DNA of 64,000 nucleotides from an uncultured Bacilli bacterium (GTDB lineage: Bacteria > Bacillota_I > Bacilli_A > RF39 > UBA660), in contig CANQNL010000002.1 of assembly GCA_947625215.1 (NCBI GenBank), forward strand, positions 4,297 through 68,296. The letters are read 5' to 3'. The position numbers and the translations under genes were made by a program. How positions within the stretch are numbered: the first letter of the stretch is position 1; each line of letters begins with the position of its first letter. The notes under the pieces were generated by a model. That model was not told where the DNA came from. It worked only from the letters and a program-made list of their open reading frames with translations, and did not search any database. Positions 37,880 through 47,990 of the stretch are shown piece by piece.

Positions 37880-39017
37880 TAGATGTGTTTTGCCATTACC
37901 AGCAGTACAAGGTGGAGCTGTAGAAACATTAATTGAATCTTACTTGGAAGAAAATGACAAAAAATATCACGATGAAATAGATGTAGTAAGTGTTCCTATT
38001 CCAACTGAAATGCAAAAAAAAATAAAAAAATACAAATATAGTAATTTTATATATATAAAAAATAAAAGTATAAATAGTCTATATAATCTTTGCCATAGAA
38101 CTATCAAAAAGTTGGGAAAATATATTGGTGATTATTTTATAAATTCAGCTATTAAAGAGATCAAAAATAGTAAGAAAGAATATGACATAATAGTTTGTGA
38201 AAATGAGCCAGTATATGTAATGTTGTTAAAAAAACATTTTAAAGGAAAAGTAGTTTTGCATTTACACAATGATTTTCTAAATAGAGAAACACCATTTTAT
38301 GAAGATATTATTCAAAGTTGTGATTTAATATTACCAGTAAGCAATTATATAAAAAAAAGAGTTAATTGCCCAAAAAAATGTATTACTACTTATAATGGAA
38401 TTGATTTGAAGTTGTTTAAAAATAATAGCAATTCAAAATTAAAAAAACAATATAATATCAACGATAAAGATTTTATATATAGTTATATTGGTAGAGTGTC
38501 TAAGGATAAGGGAATTAATGAATTAACAGATGCTTTTATAAAATTAAATGATAAATATAAAGATATAAAATTATTTATTATCGGAGATCCTATAGGAAGT
38601 CCTAATTCCAAAGTCGCTGAAAAAGATTATTTTTATAATAGTTTATTAAAAAAGAAAAATAATAATATGATTTTTACAGGCTATATTGATAATAAAAAAT
38701 TATATCAATATATTGATATAACTAACGTACAAGTTATACCATCTATAGTAAATGAAGCATTTGGCTTAGTTGCTATAGAGGCACTTGCAATGGATAAAAG
38801 ATTAATTGTAACAGATGCTGGAGCATTACCTGAAATAACTAATAAAAAATATGGAAGAATTGTTAAAAGAGAAAACTTAACCAATAATTTATATACCGCC
38901 ATGGAAGAGGAATATTTAAATAGAAAGAAAAACAAAAATTGTCTTAATAATTTAAAACAATTTTCAAAGGAAGAATATGCAAAAAGATTACATGATAATT
39001 TAATGACTTTAAAATAG
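37860..39017 (+). CDS. Family 4 (GT-B) glycosyltransferase
   Basis: 385 aa with QGGAVE N-terminus, GRVSKDKG and PSIVNEAFGLVAIEALA. Confidence 0.8.
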   Translation: MRILIVNRCVLPLPAVQGGAVETLIESYLEENDKKYHDEIDVVSVPIPTEMQKKIKKYKYSNFIYIKNKSINSLYNLCHRTIKKLGKYIGDYFINSAIKEIKNSKKEYDIIVCENEPVYVMLLKKHFKGKVVLHLHNDFLNRETPFYEDIIQSCDLILPVSNYIKKRVNCPKKCITTYNGIDLKLFKNNSNSKLKKQYNINDKDFIYSYIGRVSKDKGINELTDAFIKLNDKYKDIKLFIIGDPIGSPNSKVAEKDYFYNSLLKKKNNNMIFTGYIDNKKLYQYIDITNVQVIPSIVNEAFGLVAIEALAMDKRLIVTDAGALPEITNKKYGRIVKRENLTNNLYTAMEEEYLNRKKNKNCLNNLKQFSKEEYAKRLHDNLMTLK

Positions 39018-39032
39018 AAAGCAGGTGAAGTT

Positions 39033-40154
39033 ATGAAAAAAATAGGAATAATAACTTTTAGTAGAGCTCAAAATCATGGAGCTACTTTGCAGTGTATGGC
39101 ACTACAAAAAACAATTGCTAATATTGTTAATGATAGTGATGTAAAAGTAATAGATTATCGAAATAAATATGTAGAGCATTCTTATAAAGTGTTTAGTATT
39201 GATACAAGCAATATAAAAACTTGTATAAGAACTATTATATCTTCTTTAGTATTTTTTAAGAAAAATTTTATTAGAAATAAAAAATATAAAAAATTTATTC
39301 TAACTCATCTTAATTTTACTAAAGAATGTACTACTAAAAAGCAAGTAGAGGAAATTACTAAAGACTTTGATTATATTATTGTTGGTAGCGATCAAGTTTG
39401 GAATCCATTTTTTGCTAAAAGTATTGATGATGTCTATTTTTTGAATTTTAAAACACCTGCTAAGAAAATATCTTATGCCGCCAGTCTTGGCTTTAATAAA
39501 ATGGAAGATAAAAAGTTATATAAAAAGTTATTAGGAAATATCGATAATATTTCTATTAGAGAAAAAGATGGATGTAAGATAGTTTCTAATATTTTAAACA
39601 AAGATATAAAAAACACATTAGATCCGACATTACTTCTTACAAGAGAAGAATGGGAAAATTATTTCAATAAAAATAATACACTAACAGATAAATATATATT
39701 TGCTTATGTGCCTGGTAATTTGGAAGGCTATGAGGAATTAGTAAATACTGTTTCTGATAAACTTAACAAAAAGGTAGTCAATATAAGAAAAAGAGATACA
39801 GGGATTAGAAATATACTAAAAAATGCCTTTACATCCACTCCTGATGAATTTCTAAATTATATTTATAATGCTGATATTGTGGTGACAACATCGTTTCATG
39901 CGGTTGTATTTGCATTAATATTTGAAAAGAAATTTTGGGTATTAGCACCTAAAAATAATAGTAGTAGAATTAACAATTTACTTGAAAAGTTGAATTTATC
40001 TTATAGAAGTGTAGATAATATTGAAAAATTAAAACAAGTGGATTTGATGAAAGATATAAATTATAAAGATGTAAAAATTAAATTAGAAGAACTAAGACAA
40101 GATTCTTTAAATTGGCTAACAAAAATGCTGACTGAAAGTGATAAAAATGAATAG
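39033..40154 (+). CDS. Polysaccharide pyruvyl transferase family protein
   Basis: 373 aa with MKKIGIITFSRAQNHGATLQCMAL, GSDQVWNP and TTSFHAVVFA. Confidence 0.7.
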   Translation: MKKIGIITFSRAQNHGATLQCMALQKTIANIVNDSDVKVIDYRNKYVEHSYKVFSIDTSNIKTCIRTIISSLVFFKKNFIRNKKYKKFILTHLNFTKECTTKKQVEEITKDFDYIIVGSDQVWNPFFAKSIDDVYFLNFKTPAKKISYAASLGFNKMEDKKLYKKLLGNIDNISIREKDGCKIVSNILNKDIKNTLDPTLLLTREEWENYFNKNNTLTDKYIFAYVPGNLEGYEELVNTVSDKLNKKVVNIRKRDTGIRNILKNAFTSTPDEFLNYIYNADIVVTTSFHAVVFALIFEKKFWVLAPKNNSSRINNLLEKLNLSYRSVDNIEKLKQVDLMKDINYKDVKIKLEELRQDSLNWLTKMLTESDKNE

Positions 40155-41556
40155 GGAAAGAAAACTATTTAAAAATACAATAATAATATCAATTGGTAAA
40201 ATTTGTACCCAGTTTGTTTCTTTCTTACTTTTACCACTATATACAGGCTATTTATCAACAACTGAATATGGAATTGTTGATTTGGTAAATACATTGGTTA
40301 CATTATTGATGCCTATAGTATCATTTCAACTTTATCAAGGAGTGTTTAGAGAATTAATTGATAGTAGAAATAATGAAGAAAATAAAGGTAAAATAATATC
40401 TACTGGAACTACTTTAACGACAATGCAATGTATAATATTTTTAATTTTATTCTTGGTATTTTCTCCATTTATAAATAATGATTATAAATTACTGTTAGTT
40501 GTCAATTTAATCATCTGTATTTATTTGACATTATTTCAACAAATAGCTAGAGGATTTGGAGATAATACTAGATATTCTATTGGATGTGTCATTGCTAGTC
40601 TTTGTACAATAGTATTAAATGTTTTCTTCATTGTAGGTTTGCATTTAGGAGCAACAGGTATGTTACTGGGTACAATGCTTGGGCAACTAATTGGAATAAT
40701 ATATTTTATTTGTTCATTAAAATTAATTCGTTACATTGGTTTTAATAAATATGATGTTAGCATAAGAAAAAAATTATTAAAATATTCAATTCCACTAATA
40801 CCAAATGCTATATCTTGGTGGCTAATTAGTGCTTCTGATGCAATGATTGTGTCACTTATGTTAGGAGTTGATATGAATGGTGTATTAGCTGCTTCCTTAA
40901 AATTTTCTACTATACTTACAGTATTATATGGAATGTTTGATATGGCTTGGATTGAATCTATATCGGCTAATATAAATGATAAAGATATAGATGTATATTT
41001 TAATAAGACTATGAATATCATCTTAAAGTTGTTTTTATCATTATGTATAGGAATTATTGCTTGTATGCCATTTGTATTTCCAATAATGATTAATAGTGCT
41101 TATAGTGCTGGATATGTGTTAATTCCATTTACTATACTTTCAGCATTATTTAATGTCATTCAGGGTATGGTTATTGTTGTTTTTGCAGCAAAAAAGAATA
41201 CTGGTTTTGTTTCTATAACTTCAGGTCTAGCTGCAATCATAAATATTGCGATAGATATATTATTGATTAAATTTATTGGATTATATGCTGCTGTTATTTC
41301 AACTTTAATAGCATATATAGTTATAGCTATTACAAGATATATTGGAGTAAACAAAAAATATTTTAAAATAAAAATTGAAAAAGCATTATGTCTAAGTGGC
41401 TTTGCTATATTAACTTTGGTAATAAGTTGTTATTACATAAATAATATATATCTTAACATTTTATCATTAGGTGTAGCCATTATATATGCAATATTATTAA
41501 ATAAAAATTCAATTACTACTTTAATAAAATTAGTAAAACATAAATTTGGTAATTGA
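40138..41556 (+). CDS. wzx: Wzx-type (MOP superfamily) flippase
   Basis: 472 aa with 12-14 TM segments. LFKNTIIISIGKICTQFVSFLLLPLYTGYLSTTEYG is typical. An alternative start is at 40147. Confidence 0.75.
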   Translation: MIKMNRERKLFKNTIIISIGKICTQFVSFLLLPLYTGYLSTTEYGIVDLVNTLVTLLMPIVSFQLYQGVFRELIDSRNNEENKGKIISTGTTLTTMQCIIFLILFLVFSPFINNDYKLLLVVNLIICIYLTLFQQIARGFGDNTRYSIGCVIASLCTIVLNVFFIVGLHLGATGMLLGTMLGQLIGIIYFICSLKLIRYIGFNKYDVSIRKKLLKYSIPLIPNAISWWLISASDAMIVSLMLGVDMNGVLAASLKFSTILTVLYGMFDMAWIESISANINDKDIDVYFNKTMNIILKLFLSLCIGIIACMPFVFPIMINSAYSAGYVLIPFTILSALFNVIQGMVIVVFAAKKNTGFVSITSGLAAIINIAIDILLIKFIGLYAAVISTLIAYIVIAITRYIGVNKKYFKIKIEKALCLSGFAILTLVISCYYINNIYLNILSLGVAIIYAILLNKNSITTLIKLVKHKFGN

Positions 41557-41576
41557 AATATAAAGGAGAGATGTTT

Positions 41577-43316
41577 ATGTACACAAGTGAAAGAAATATT
41601 CAAATATTGATAAGTGTTTTAAAACATAATAATATAAAGAAAATAATTGTTAGTCCAGGAACAATGAATCTTTGTTTTGTTGGTAGTGTTAAAAATGATC
41701 CATTTTTTGAAGTCTATTCTTGTGTTGATGAAAGAGCTGCTTGTTATATGGCAAGTGGACTTGCTGTAGAGAGTGGAGAGCCAGTTGTATTATCTTGTAC
41801 TGGAGCAACTGCCTCAAGAAATTATATGTCTGGATTAACCGAAGCATATTATAGAAAAATACCAATTTTAGCAGTAACTTGTGCACAACATTTTTGTAGA
41901 ATTGGAAACAATGTGCCACAATCTATTGATAGAACTGCAATACCAAACGATATTGCTAATATAAGTGTTCAAATACCTAAAATAAATAGTATGGATGATG
42001 AAATCGGAAGTAATTTATTGATAAATAAAGCAGTATTAGAACTTAAACATAATGGTGGAGGACCAGTTCATATTAATTTAGAAGCACAAATTGAGAGTAA
42101 TAAATTTGAAGTTTCTGAATTACCACAAACTAGATTTATTGATAGAATTGAAATTTATGATAAATTTCCTGAACTTAAAAATAAAAAAATAGGTATTTTT
42201 GTTGGTAATCATAGAATTTGGGATAAACAATTGATTAAAGAGGTAGAAAAATTTTGTGAATTATACAATGCTGTAGTATTATGCGATCATACAAGTAATT
42301 ATAATGGCAAATATAAGATTATGCCAAATATTATATTGGATCAAGACAATTATATAAGTCCTTTAAATGATTTTGATATATTAATTCATCTTGGTGATAT
42401 ATCAGGAGCTTATCTTAAATTAAGTATGAAAGAGGTCTGGCGAGTTAATCCTGATGGAAAATTAACAGATACTTTTTCAAAATTAAGATATGCATTTGAA
42501 ATGAGAGAACTTGATTTTTTCCAAAAATATAATGCTGTTGGAAATAAGAAAATTAATACTAGCAACTATTTTGAGTTAAAAAAAGAATTTGATGAATTAG
42601 AAGAAAAGGCTTTAAATTGTGATATCCCATTTTCAAACATTTGGATGGCACGTAATACAATTAAATTGCTACCTAAAGATGGTTACTTACATTTGGCTAT
42701 TTTAAACTCATTAAGATCATGGAATTATTTTACAAGAGAAGATAATCTATATTGTTTTTCAAATACTGGAGGTTTTGGAATCGATGGCTCTTTATCCACA
42801 ATAATAGGATCTTCACTTGTGAATCCAAATAAAATTTACTTTGGCATTGTAGGTGATTTAGCATTCTTTTATGATTTAAATTCATTAGGTAATAGACATA
42901 TAGGCAATAATATTAGAATTATGTTTATAAACAATGGTTGTGGAACAGAGTTCCATAACTATAGTCATCCAGCATCTTCTTTAGGAAGTATGACAACAAA
43001 CTATATAGCTGCTGATGGACATTTTGGAAATAAGTCAAGAAGTTTAGTTAAACATTATGCTGAAGATTTAGGATTTGAATATATAAGTGCTGAAAATAAA
43101 GAAGAATTTAAAAAATACATAAAACATTTTACTTCGAACGATAAATATGATAAACCAATTATTTTTGAAGTATTTACTAATTCTGATGATGAAAGCAATG
43201 CTTTAAAAACAATAAGAAATTTAAAAAAGTCAACCATTGGAGTTATAAAAAATGCTGCCAAAAAAATACTAAATGAAAATGCAAAAGCTAAAATTAAAAA
43301 ACTTATAAGAAAATAA
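41577..43316 (+). CDS. Thiamine-diphosphate enzyme, MenD-like (right-operon copy)
   Basis: Start set at MYTSERNIQIL, with RBS AAGGAGAG about 8 nt upstream. VDERAACYMASGLAVESGEPVVLSCTGATASRNYMSGLTEAYYRKIPILAVT and GDLAFFYDLNSLG are present. Collinear with 23129..24865. Confidence 0.7.
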   Translation: MYTSERNIQILISVLKHNNIKKIIVSPGTMNLCFVGSVKNDPFFEVYSCVDERAACYMASGLAVESGEPVVLSCTGATASRNYMSGLTEAYYRKIPILAVTCAQHFCRIGNNVPQSIDRTAIPNDIANISVQIPKINSMDDEIGSNLLINKAVLELKHNGGGPVHINLEAQIESNKFEVSELPQTRFIDRIEIYDKFPELKNKKIGIFVGNHRIWDKQLIKEVEKFCELYNAVVLCDHTSNYNGKYKIMPNIILDQDNYISPLNDFDILIHLGDISGAYLKLSMKEVWRVNPDGKLTDTFSKLRYAFEMRELDFFQKYNAVGNKKINTSNYFELKKEFDELEEKALNCDIPFSNIWMARNTIKLLPKDGYLHLAILNSLRSWNYFTREDNLYCFSNTGGFGIDGSLSTIIGSSLVNPNKIYFGIVGDLAFFYDLNSLGNRHIGNNIRIMFINNGCGTEFHNYSHPASSLGSMTTNYIAADGHFGNKSRSLVKHYAEDLGFEYISAENKEEFKKYIKHFTSNDKYDKPIIFEVFTNSDDESNALKTIRNLKKSTIGVIKNAAKKILNENAKAKIKKLIRK

Positions 43317-43382
43317 ATCAATCAAAATACTAATATCACTAAAAATATGAGGATATTAACTAAAATAAAATATAAATAATGG

Positions 43383-44861
43383 ATGGAAGTGATGTTCTTT
43401 ATGGACAAACTGAAAAAAATATTAATATATGCTTTCTTAATATTTTTAAGTCTTGCCTTTGCCAATAAACTTTTAGATACATCAGTTGTTTTAAGTTTAT
43501 TATACGTAGGTATTGTTTTGTTAGTCGCTTATAAAATAAAAGTACCAAAGTTTGGATTAGTATTATTTATAGGTGCATTTTTACTAAGGCTAGTAGTTAT
43601 TTTGATATTTGATACTCCGATAGTAGCCGATCCTGAAATAGCTTATCAAATGGCAAATAATATTGTTTCTGGAAATTTTGATGCAATTGCTCATCATCCG
43701 TATATTCAAAAATGGGGATTTAGAATGGGCTATGCTATATTTATGAGTTTACCATTGTTTATTTGTAAAGGTACTATTTTAATAAAACTCATAAACTGTT
43801 TATTTACTTCATTAATAGTTTTATTAATTTATTTAATTTCTAAAGAACTTACAAATGAGAAGACTGCAAGAATTATTAGTATTGCCTATATGGCATTTCC
43901 ATTCCCATTAATATTCAATACAGTTTTAAGCGATCAACATATATCTTCATTTATGTTTTTGTTAGCGGTTTATATTTTAATTAGTAAAAAAACTAAAAAT
44001 ATGAATCATATATTAAAGTTTTTCTTAATTGGACTTGCTTTAGCCATAGGAAATATTATAAGGCCAGAAGCTATAATATTTTATACATCAATAATTTTAT
44101 TCTTAATTTTAACAAGTAAATTAAAAGATTATAAAAAAGTTATTATAAATATTTTAGTAATGCTTGTCACATATTTTGGGATAACAACTGGAGCATCAGC
44201 TTTAGTTACTTATTCAGGCATAAATCCTACAGGATTAAAAAATATGATACCATCTTTTAAAATCGCTATGGGATTAAATTATGCGAGTGGTGGTGATTAT
44301 GAGCAAACGTTTGCTTCCAAATTTGTAGGCCATTATAAAGAAAATGCTAAAACAAAAGATTCTGATGAAGACTATGTTTGGGCAAGTGATGAAACAAGAA
44401 AAGAAATGCTTTTAGATAATACAATAGGGCAATTTAATAAACTTCCATCATTATTCATATATAAAGCTAGAATGTATTGGCTAAATACTAATAGGGATGC
44501 AAACCCTTGGATAGAAGATTTTGCTGTAGGTTATTTAAAGAAAGATAATATTACTATTTTTGGACATAAATTTTCTGGTAATAAAGTATTAGGAATAATA
44601 TATTCCATTAACCAATTATATCTATATATTTTCTTTATACTTATGGTATTTGCTATTTATTTAAATAGAAAGAAAATGCCTAAAGAACAATTCTTTATTT
44701 TCTTAATATTAGCAGTTACTACTGGAGCATTTCTAATAGTTGAATGTACTCCAAGATATGCTTATCTAGGACAAATATATATGTTTATAATGTCAGCATA
44801 TTCTATTAAATATATATTGAACAAAATTGAAGAAAGAAAAATGCTAAAAAAAAGTAAATAA
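43383..44861 (+). CDS. GT-C fold membrane glycosyltransferase (ArnT/PMT, family 39/83-like)
   Basis: 492 aa with more than 10 TM segments and an N-terminal loop IVADPEIAYQMANNIVSGNF typical of the family. The start is uncertain (43383, 43392 or 43401). Confidence 0.5.
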   Translation: MEVMFFMDKLKKILIYAFLIFLSLAFANKLLDTSVVLSLLYVGIVLLVAYKIKVPKFGLVLFIGAFLLRLVVILIFDTPIVADPEIAYQMANNIVSGNFDAIAHHPYIQKWGFRMGYAIFMSLPLFICKGTILIKLINCLFTSLIVLLIYLISKELTNEKTARIISIAYMAFPFPLIFNTVLSDQHISSFMFLLAVYILISKKTKNMNHILKFFLIGLALAIGNIIRPEAIIFYTSIILFLILTSKLKDYKKVIINILVMLVTYFGITTGASALVTYSGINPTGLKNMIPSFKIAMGLNYASGGDYEQTFASKFVGHYKENAKTKDSDEDYVWASDETRKEMLLDNTIGQFNKLPSLFIYKARMYWLNTNRDANPWIEDFAVGYLKKDNITIFGHKFSGNKVLGIIYSINQLYLYIFFILMVFAIYLNRKKMPKEQFFIFLILAVTTGAFLIVECTPRYAYLGQIYMFIMSAYSIKYILNKIEERKMLKKSK

Positions 44862-44904
44862 AAGATTTGTTATTTAAACAAATTGTTGTATGAGAGGTGT
44901 TTTA

Positions 44905-45783
44905 ATGATAGAGAAGATAACTAATTATTTAAAACTTTTAAGAGTAAAACATTACATTAAAAACTTATTAATATTTCTTCCATTGCTTTTTGGCAAAATG
45001 TATTATGATGTAGATAATATATTAATTTGTTTAATAGGCTTTTTGACTTTTAGTTTTACTTCTTCTATTATTTATATATTTAATGATATTTGTGATATTG
45101 AAAGTGATAGGAAACATGAAATAAAGAAAAATAGACCACTTGCAAGTAGAAAAATAAGCATTGCCAGTGCTTATAAAACTATAATAATATTATTAGTTAT
45201 TGTTGCTTTTATGACATATTTATTATACATACTTAATGCTAATATGAACTCAATTTTTCTAGTTTGCAGTTACGTTATAATAAATTTACTATATTCAAAA
45301 TGGCTTAAACATATTATTTTGGTTGATGTAATTATTCTTGTTTTAAGTTTCTTAATTAGAGTGTTCTTTGGTGCAGCATTAATTGATGTTGAAGTATCAA
45401 ATTGGCTTTATTTAACAATTATGTCTGGAGCATTCTATATGGGATTTGGTAAAAGAAGAAATGAAATTATAAAAAACGAATCACATAAAGCACAAGCAAC
45501 TCAATTTTACAACAAAGATTTTTTAGATAAAAATATGTATGTTTGTTTAGCTTTAACAGTTGTATTTTATGCAATGTGGACTGTGGATCCGAACGTAATT
45601 GCTCATGTAAGGTATAATTATTTGATATGGACTGTGCCATTGGTTTTAATAATTTTATTTGAATATAGTTTTGCCATTGAAAAAAATGTATATGGTGATC
45701 CTGTTGATGTATTAATTAATAACAAAAATATCATTTTAACAACTATTATATATATGTTATGTTTGTTGTTAATGTGGCTTTAA
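44905..45783 (+). CDS. UbiA-family prenyltransferase, decaprenyl-phosphate phosphoribosyltransferase-like
   Basis: Start set at MIEKITNYLKLLRVKHYIKN, with RBS GAGAGGTG upstream. NDICDIESDRKHEIKKNRPLASRKIS matches the NDxxDxxxD...RP(L/I)AS pattern of the DPPR-synthase subgroup. Confidence 0.7.
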   Translation: MIEKITNYLKLLRVKHYIKNLLIFLPLLFGKMYYDVDNILICLIGFLTFSFTSSIIYIFNDICDIESDRKHEIKKNRPLASRKISIASAYKTIIILLVIVAFMTYLLYILNANMNSIFLVCSYVIINLLYSKWLKHIILVDVIILVLSFLIRVFFGAALIDVEVSNWLYLTIMSGAFYMGFGKRRNEIIKNESHKAQATQFYNKDFLDKNMYVCLALTVVFYAMWTVDPNVIAHVRYNYLIWTVPLVLIILFEYSFAIEKNVYGDPVDVLINNKNIILTTIIYMLCLLLMWL

Positions 45784-45964
45784 GAAATTAATCAATAATT
45801 ACAAAAGGTTCTTTTAAAACTAAATATTGATAAAAGCATATTGTCTGCTTTTTAAGGGTGTAAGAAAAATACATAGTTAGAATACATCTAAATAAAATCT
45901 TTTTTAGAGATAGTTAAATTTAAATTCTACACCCGGAAAGGTATATGACAAAAAGGGGGGTAAA

Positions 45965-46375
45965 ATGTTACAAAAAATAATATTAGGTACATTATTAGTT
46001 ATATGGTTAATAATAATATTTATGTTTTCAAACCAAACAGCTGATAAAAGTACTGGCGTTAGTGATAAATTTGTATCATCAATAACTAATATATTAAATA
46101 TTAAAAATAAAGATGAAGAAATAAGTATTATTGTAAGAAAAACAGCTCATTTTATGGAATATTTTATTTTAGGAATATTATTATTTTTAAATTTAAGATT
46201 ATATAATTTAGATAATAAATTAATAATTGGTATTATATTCTGTTTTATATATGCTGTTAGTGATGAAGTTCATCAGATTTTTATTGATGGTAGAACTCCT
46301 AAATTACTTGATATTTTTATTGATACTTTAGGTGCTTCTTTAAGTTTATTTATTCTTTCGTTAATAAAACCGTAA
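45965..46375 (+). CDS. VanZ-like family membrane protein, copy 2
   Basis: 136 aa, identical to copy 1 except for the first 3 and last 5 residues. RBS GGGGGG is present, and a 180-bp leader separates it from the UbiA-like gene. Confidence 0.8.
   Translation: MLQKIILGTLLVIWLIIIFMFSNQTADKSTGVSDKFVSSITNILNIKNKDEEISIIVRKTAHFMEYFILGILLFLNLRLYNLDNKLIIGIIFCFIYAVSDEVHQIFIDGRTPKLLDIFIDTLGASLSLFILSLIKP
45973..46354. repeat. Right arm of the 382-bp inverted repeat
   Basis: See 12834..13215. Confidence 0.95.
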
Positions 46376-46381
46376 ATTAAT

Positions 46382-46412
46382 GGGCTTTACTATTTGTATA
46401 GCCCTTTTTTAT
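46382..46412 (+). terminator. Rho-independent terminator after vanZ copy 2
   Basis: Stem GGGCTTTAC / GTATAGCCC with one mismatch, followed by TTTTTT. Confidence 0.55.
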
Positions 46413-46485
46413 TTAAATATATGATATAATTATGTTGTAATTATATTTTAAAATTTGTCATTAAATTTAATAATAAGGAGGATAT

Positions 46486-47925
46486 ATGGCTAAAAGAAAA
46501 AGTAAAGCAAAAAAAATGAGGACTACTGGTATTATTTTTAGTTTAATCAGTTTATGTTCATTAGGTATATTTAGTTATTTTTTATTAGATTTAAATGTTA
46601 TTCCAACTAAATATTTAGAAATTGGTTATGGAATTATTGGAGTAATTTATTTAATATTATTTATTATTTTCTTTAAGAAAAAATGTCCAAAATTTTTAAA
46701 AATAATGGCATTTATCCTTAGTTTTATTTTATCAGCTATCTTTATAGCTGGAAGTGTTTATCTAAATACTACTAATAAATTTTTTGATAAATTAGGAGTA
46801 GGGGAATATGATAAAATTACTTATTCTATATTAGTTTTAAAGGATAGTAAGTTTGATAATATAAATGATTTAAAAAATAAAACTATTGGTTTAATAAATG
46901 ATGATAATAAAAATAAAGTTAACGAAAAAATCCTTAAAAAAATAAATTATGAAAAAATAGAAAATGATAATTCAAATACTTTAGCTAATAACTTACTTAA
47001 TAACAAAATTGATGCTTTATGTTTAGAACAAGGATATATTGGTATGCTTTCAGAAGAAATTAATAATTTTGAAAGTAATGTTAAAACTATTTATTCATTT
47101 AATGTTTTTGTTAAATCGCATAAAGGTAAATCTAATATTGATACTACTAAAGAAGCCTTTATTATGTATATAAGTGGTATTGATCAGTATGGTAGTGTTA
47201 AATCAGTAAGAGGACGTAGTGATGTTAACCAATTAGCGATTATTAATCCTAAAAATCATAAAATATTATTATTAAACACCCCAAGAGACTATTATGTAAG
47301 ACTTCATAATACAACTGGACTTAAAGATAAATTAACGCACGCTGGTATTTATGGTATTGATAAAAGTATCGATACATTAAATGATATATATGATATTAAT
47401 ATTAATTATTATTTTAGAGTTAATTTTGATAGTTTAATTGATTTAGTTGATACCATTGGTGGTATTGATATTGATTCTGATACCGATTTTATAGCTTTTA
47501 CTGATAAAAGTGTTCACATTAATAAAGGTATAAATCACTTAAGTGGTAAAGAAGCACTAGCATATGCGAGAGAAAGACACGCTTATGCATCTGGTGATAG
47601 ACATAGGGGAGAGAATCAACAACAAATAATTAAAGCCATTATTGAGAAAATGACTAGTTCAACAGTTTTACTTAGTAATTATAATCAAATTTTAAATACA
47701 TTAAGTGGAACTTTTCAAACCGATATGCCTTCTAAAAATATTACTGATTTTTTAAAAATGCAGTTAGATAAAATGCCAAAATGGGAAATCGATGATTATA
47801 GTGTTGATGGTAATGGTAGTAAACAGCCAACATATAGTATGCCTAGTACATCACTTTATGTAATGATTCCAAATGAAGAAACTATAAATACTGCTAAAAA
47901 TAAAATTAAAAATATTTTAAAATAA
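46486..47925 (+). CDS. LytR-CpsA-Psr (LCP) family glycopolymer-peptidoglycan ligase
   Basis: 479 aa with an N-terminal TM anchor and an LCP core (ISGIDQYGSVKSVRGRSDVNQLAIINP, NTPRDYYV, YARERH). An extra segment of about 110 aa lies between the TM region and the LCP domain. Confidence 0.8.
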   Translation: MAKRKSKAKKMRTTGIIFSLISLCSLGIFSYFLLDLNVIPTKYLEIGYGIIGVIYLILFIIFFKKKCPKFLKIMAFILSFILSAIFIAGSVYLNTTNKFFDKLGVGEYDKITYSILVLKDSKFDNINDLKNKTIGLINDDNKNKVNEKILKKINYEKIENDNSNTLANNLLNNKIDALCLEQGYIGMLSEEINNFESNVKTIYSFNVFVKSHKGKSNIDTTKEAFIMYISGIDQYGSVKSVRGRSDVNQLAIINPKNHKILLLNTPRDYYVRLHNTTGLKDKLTHAGIYGIDKSIDTLNDIYDININYYFRVNFDSLIDLVDTIGGIDIDSDTDFIAFTDKSVHINKGINHLSGKEALAYARERHAYASGDRHRGENQQQIIKAIIEKMTSSTVLLSNYNQILNTLSGTFQTDMPSKNITDFLKMQLDKMPKWEIDDYSVDGNGSKQPTYSMPSTSLYVMIPNEETINTAKNKIKNILK

Positions 47926-47958
47926 AACACATTTCTTTATTTAAAAATGTGTTTTTTT
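47924..47958 (+). terminator. Terminator after the LCP gene
   Basis: Stem ACACATTT / AAATGTGT followed by TTTTTT. Confidence 0.65.
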
Positions 47959-47960
47959 AG

Positions 47961-47990
47961 AAAAAAACCAAATTCTATAAAATTTGGTTT
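47961..47990 (-). terminator. Terminator after the parB-like gene
   Basis: Stem AAACCAAATT / AATTTGGTTT. On the minus strand it is followed by a run of 7 Ts. Confidence 0.6.

Noticed and set aside
45784-45964. The 180-nt leader upstream of vanZ copy 2 as a riboswitch or structured RNA (GGGTGTA 45856..45862 pairs with TACACCC 45928..45934).
   Set aside because: There is only one 7-bp long-range pairing and no resemblance to any riboswitch class I can recall. Evidence without covariation data is insufficient.
12813-46375. The vanZ inverted repeats as the ends of a composite transposon or IS-bounded island.
   Set aside because: The repeats are internal parts of intact vanZ ORFs, not IS elements. 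No transposase is present, and I saw no target-site duplication.
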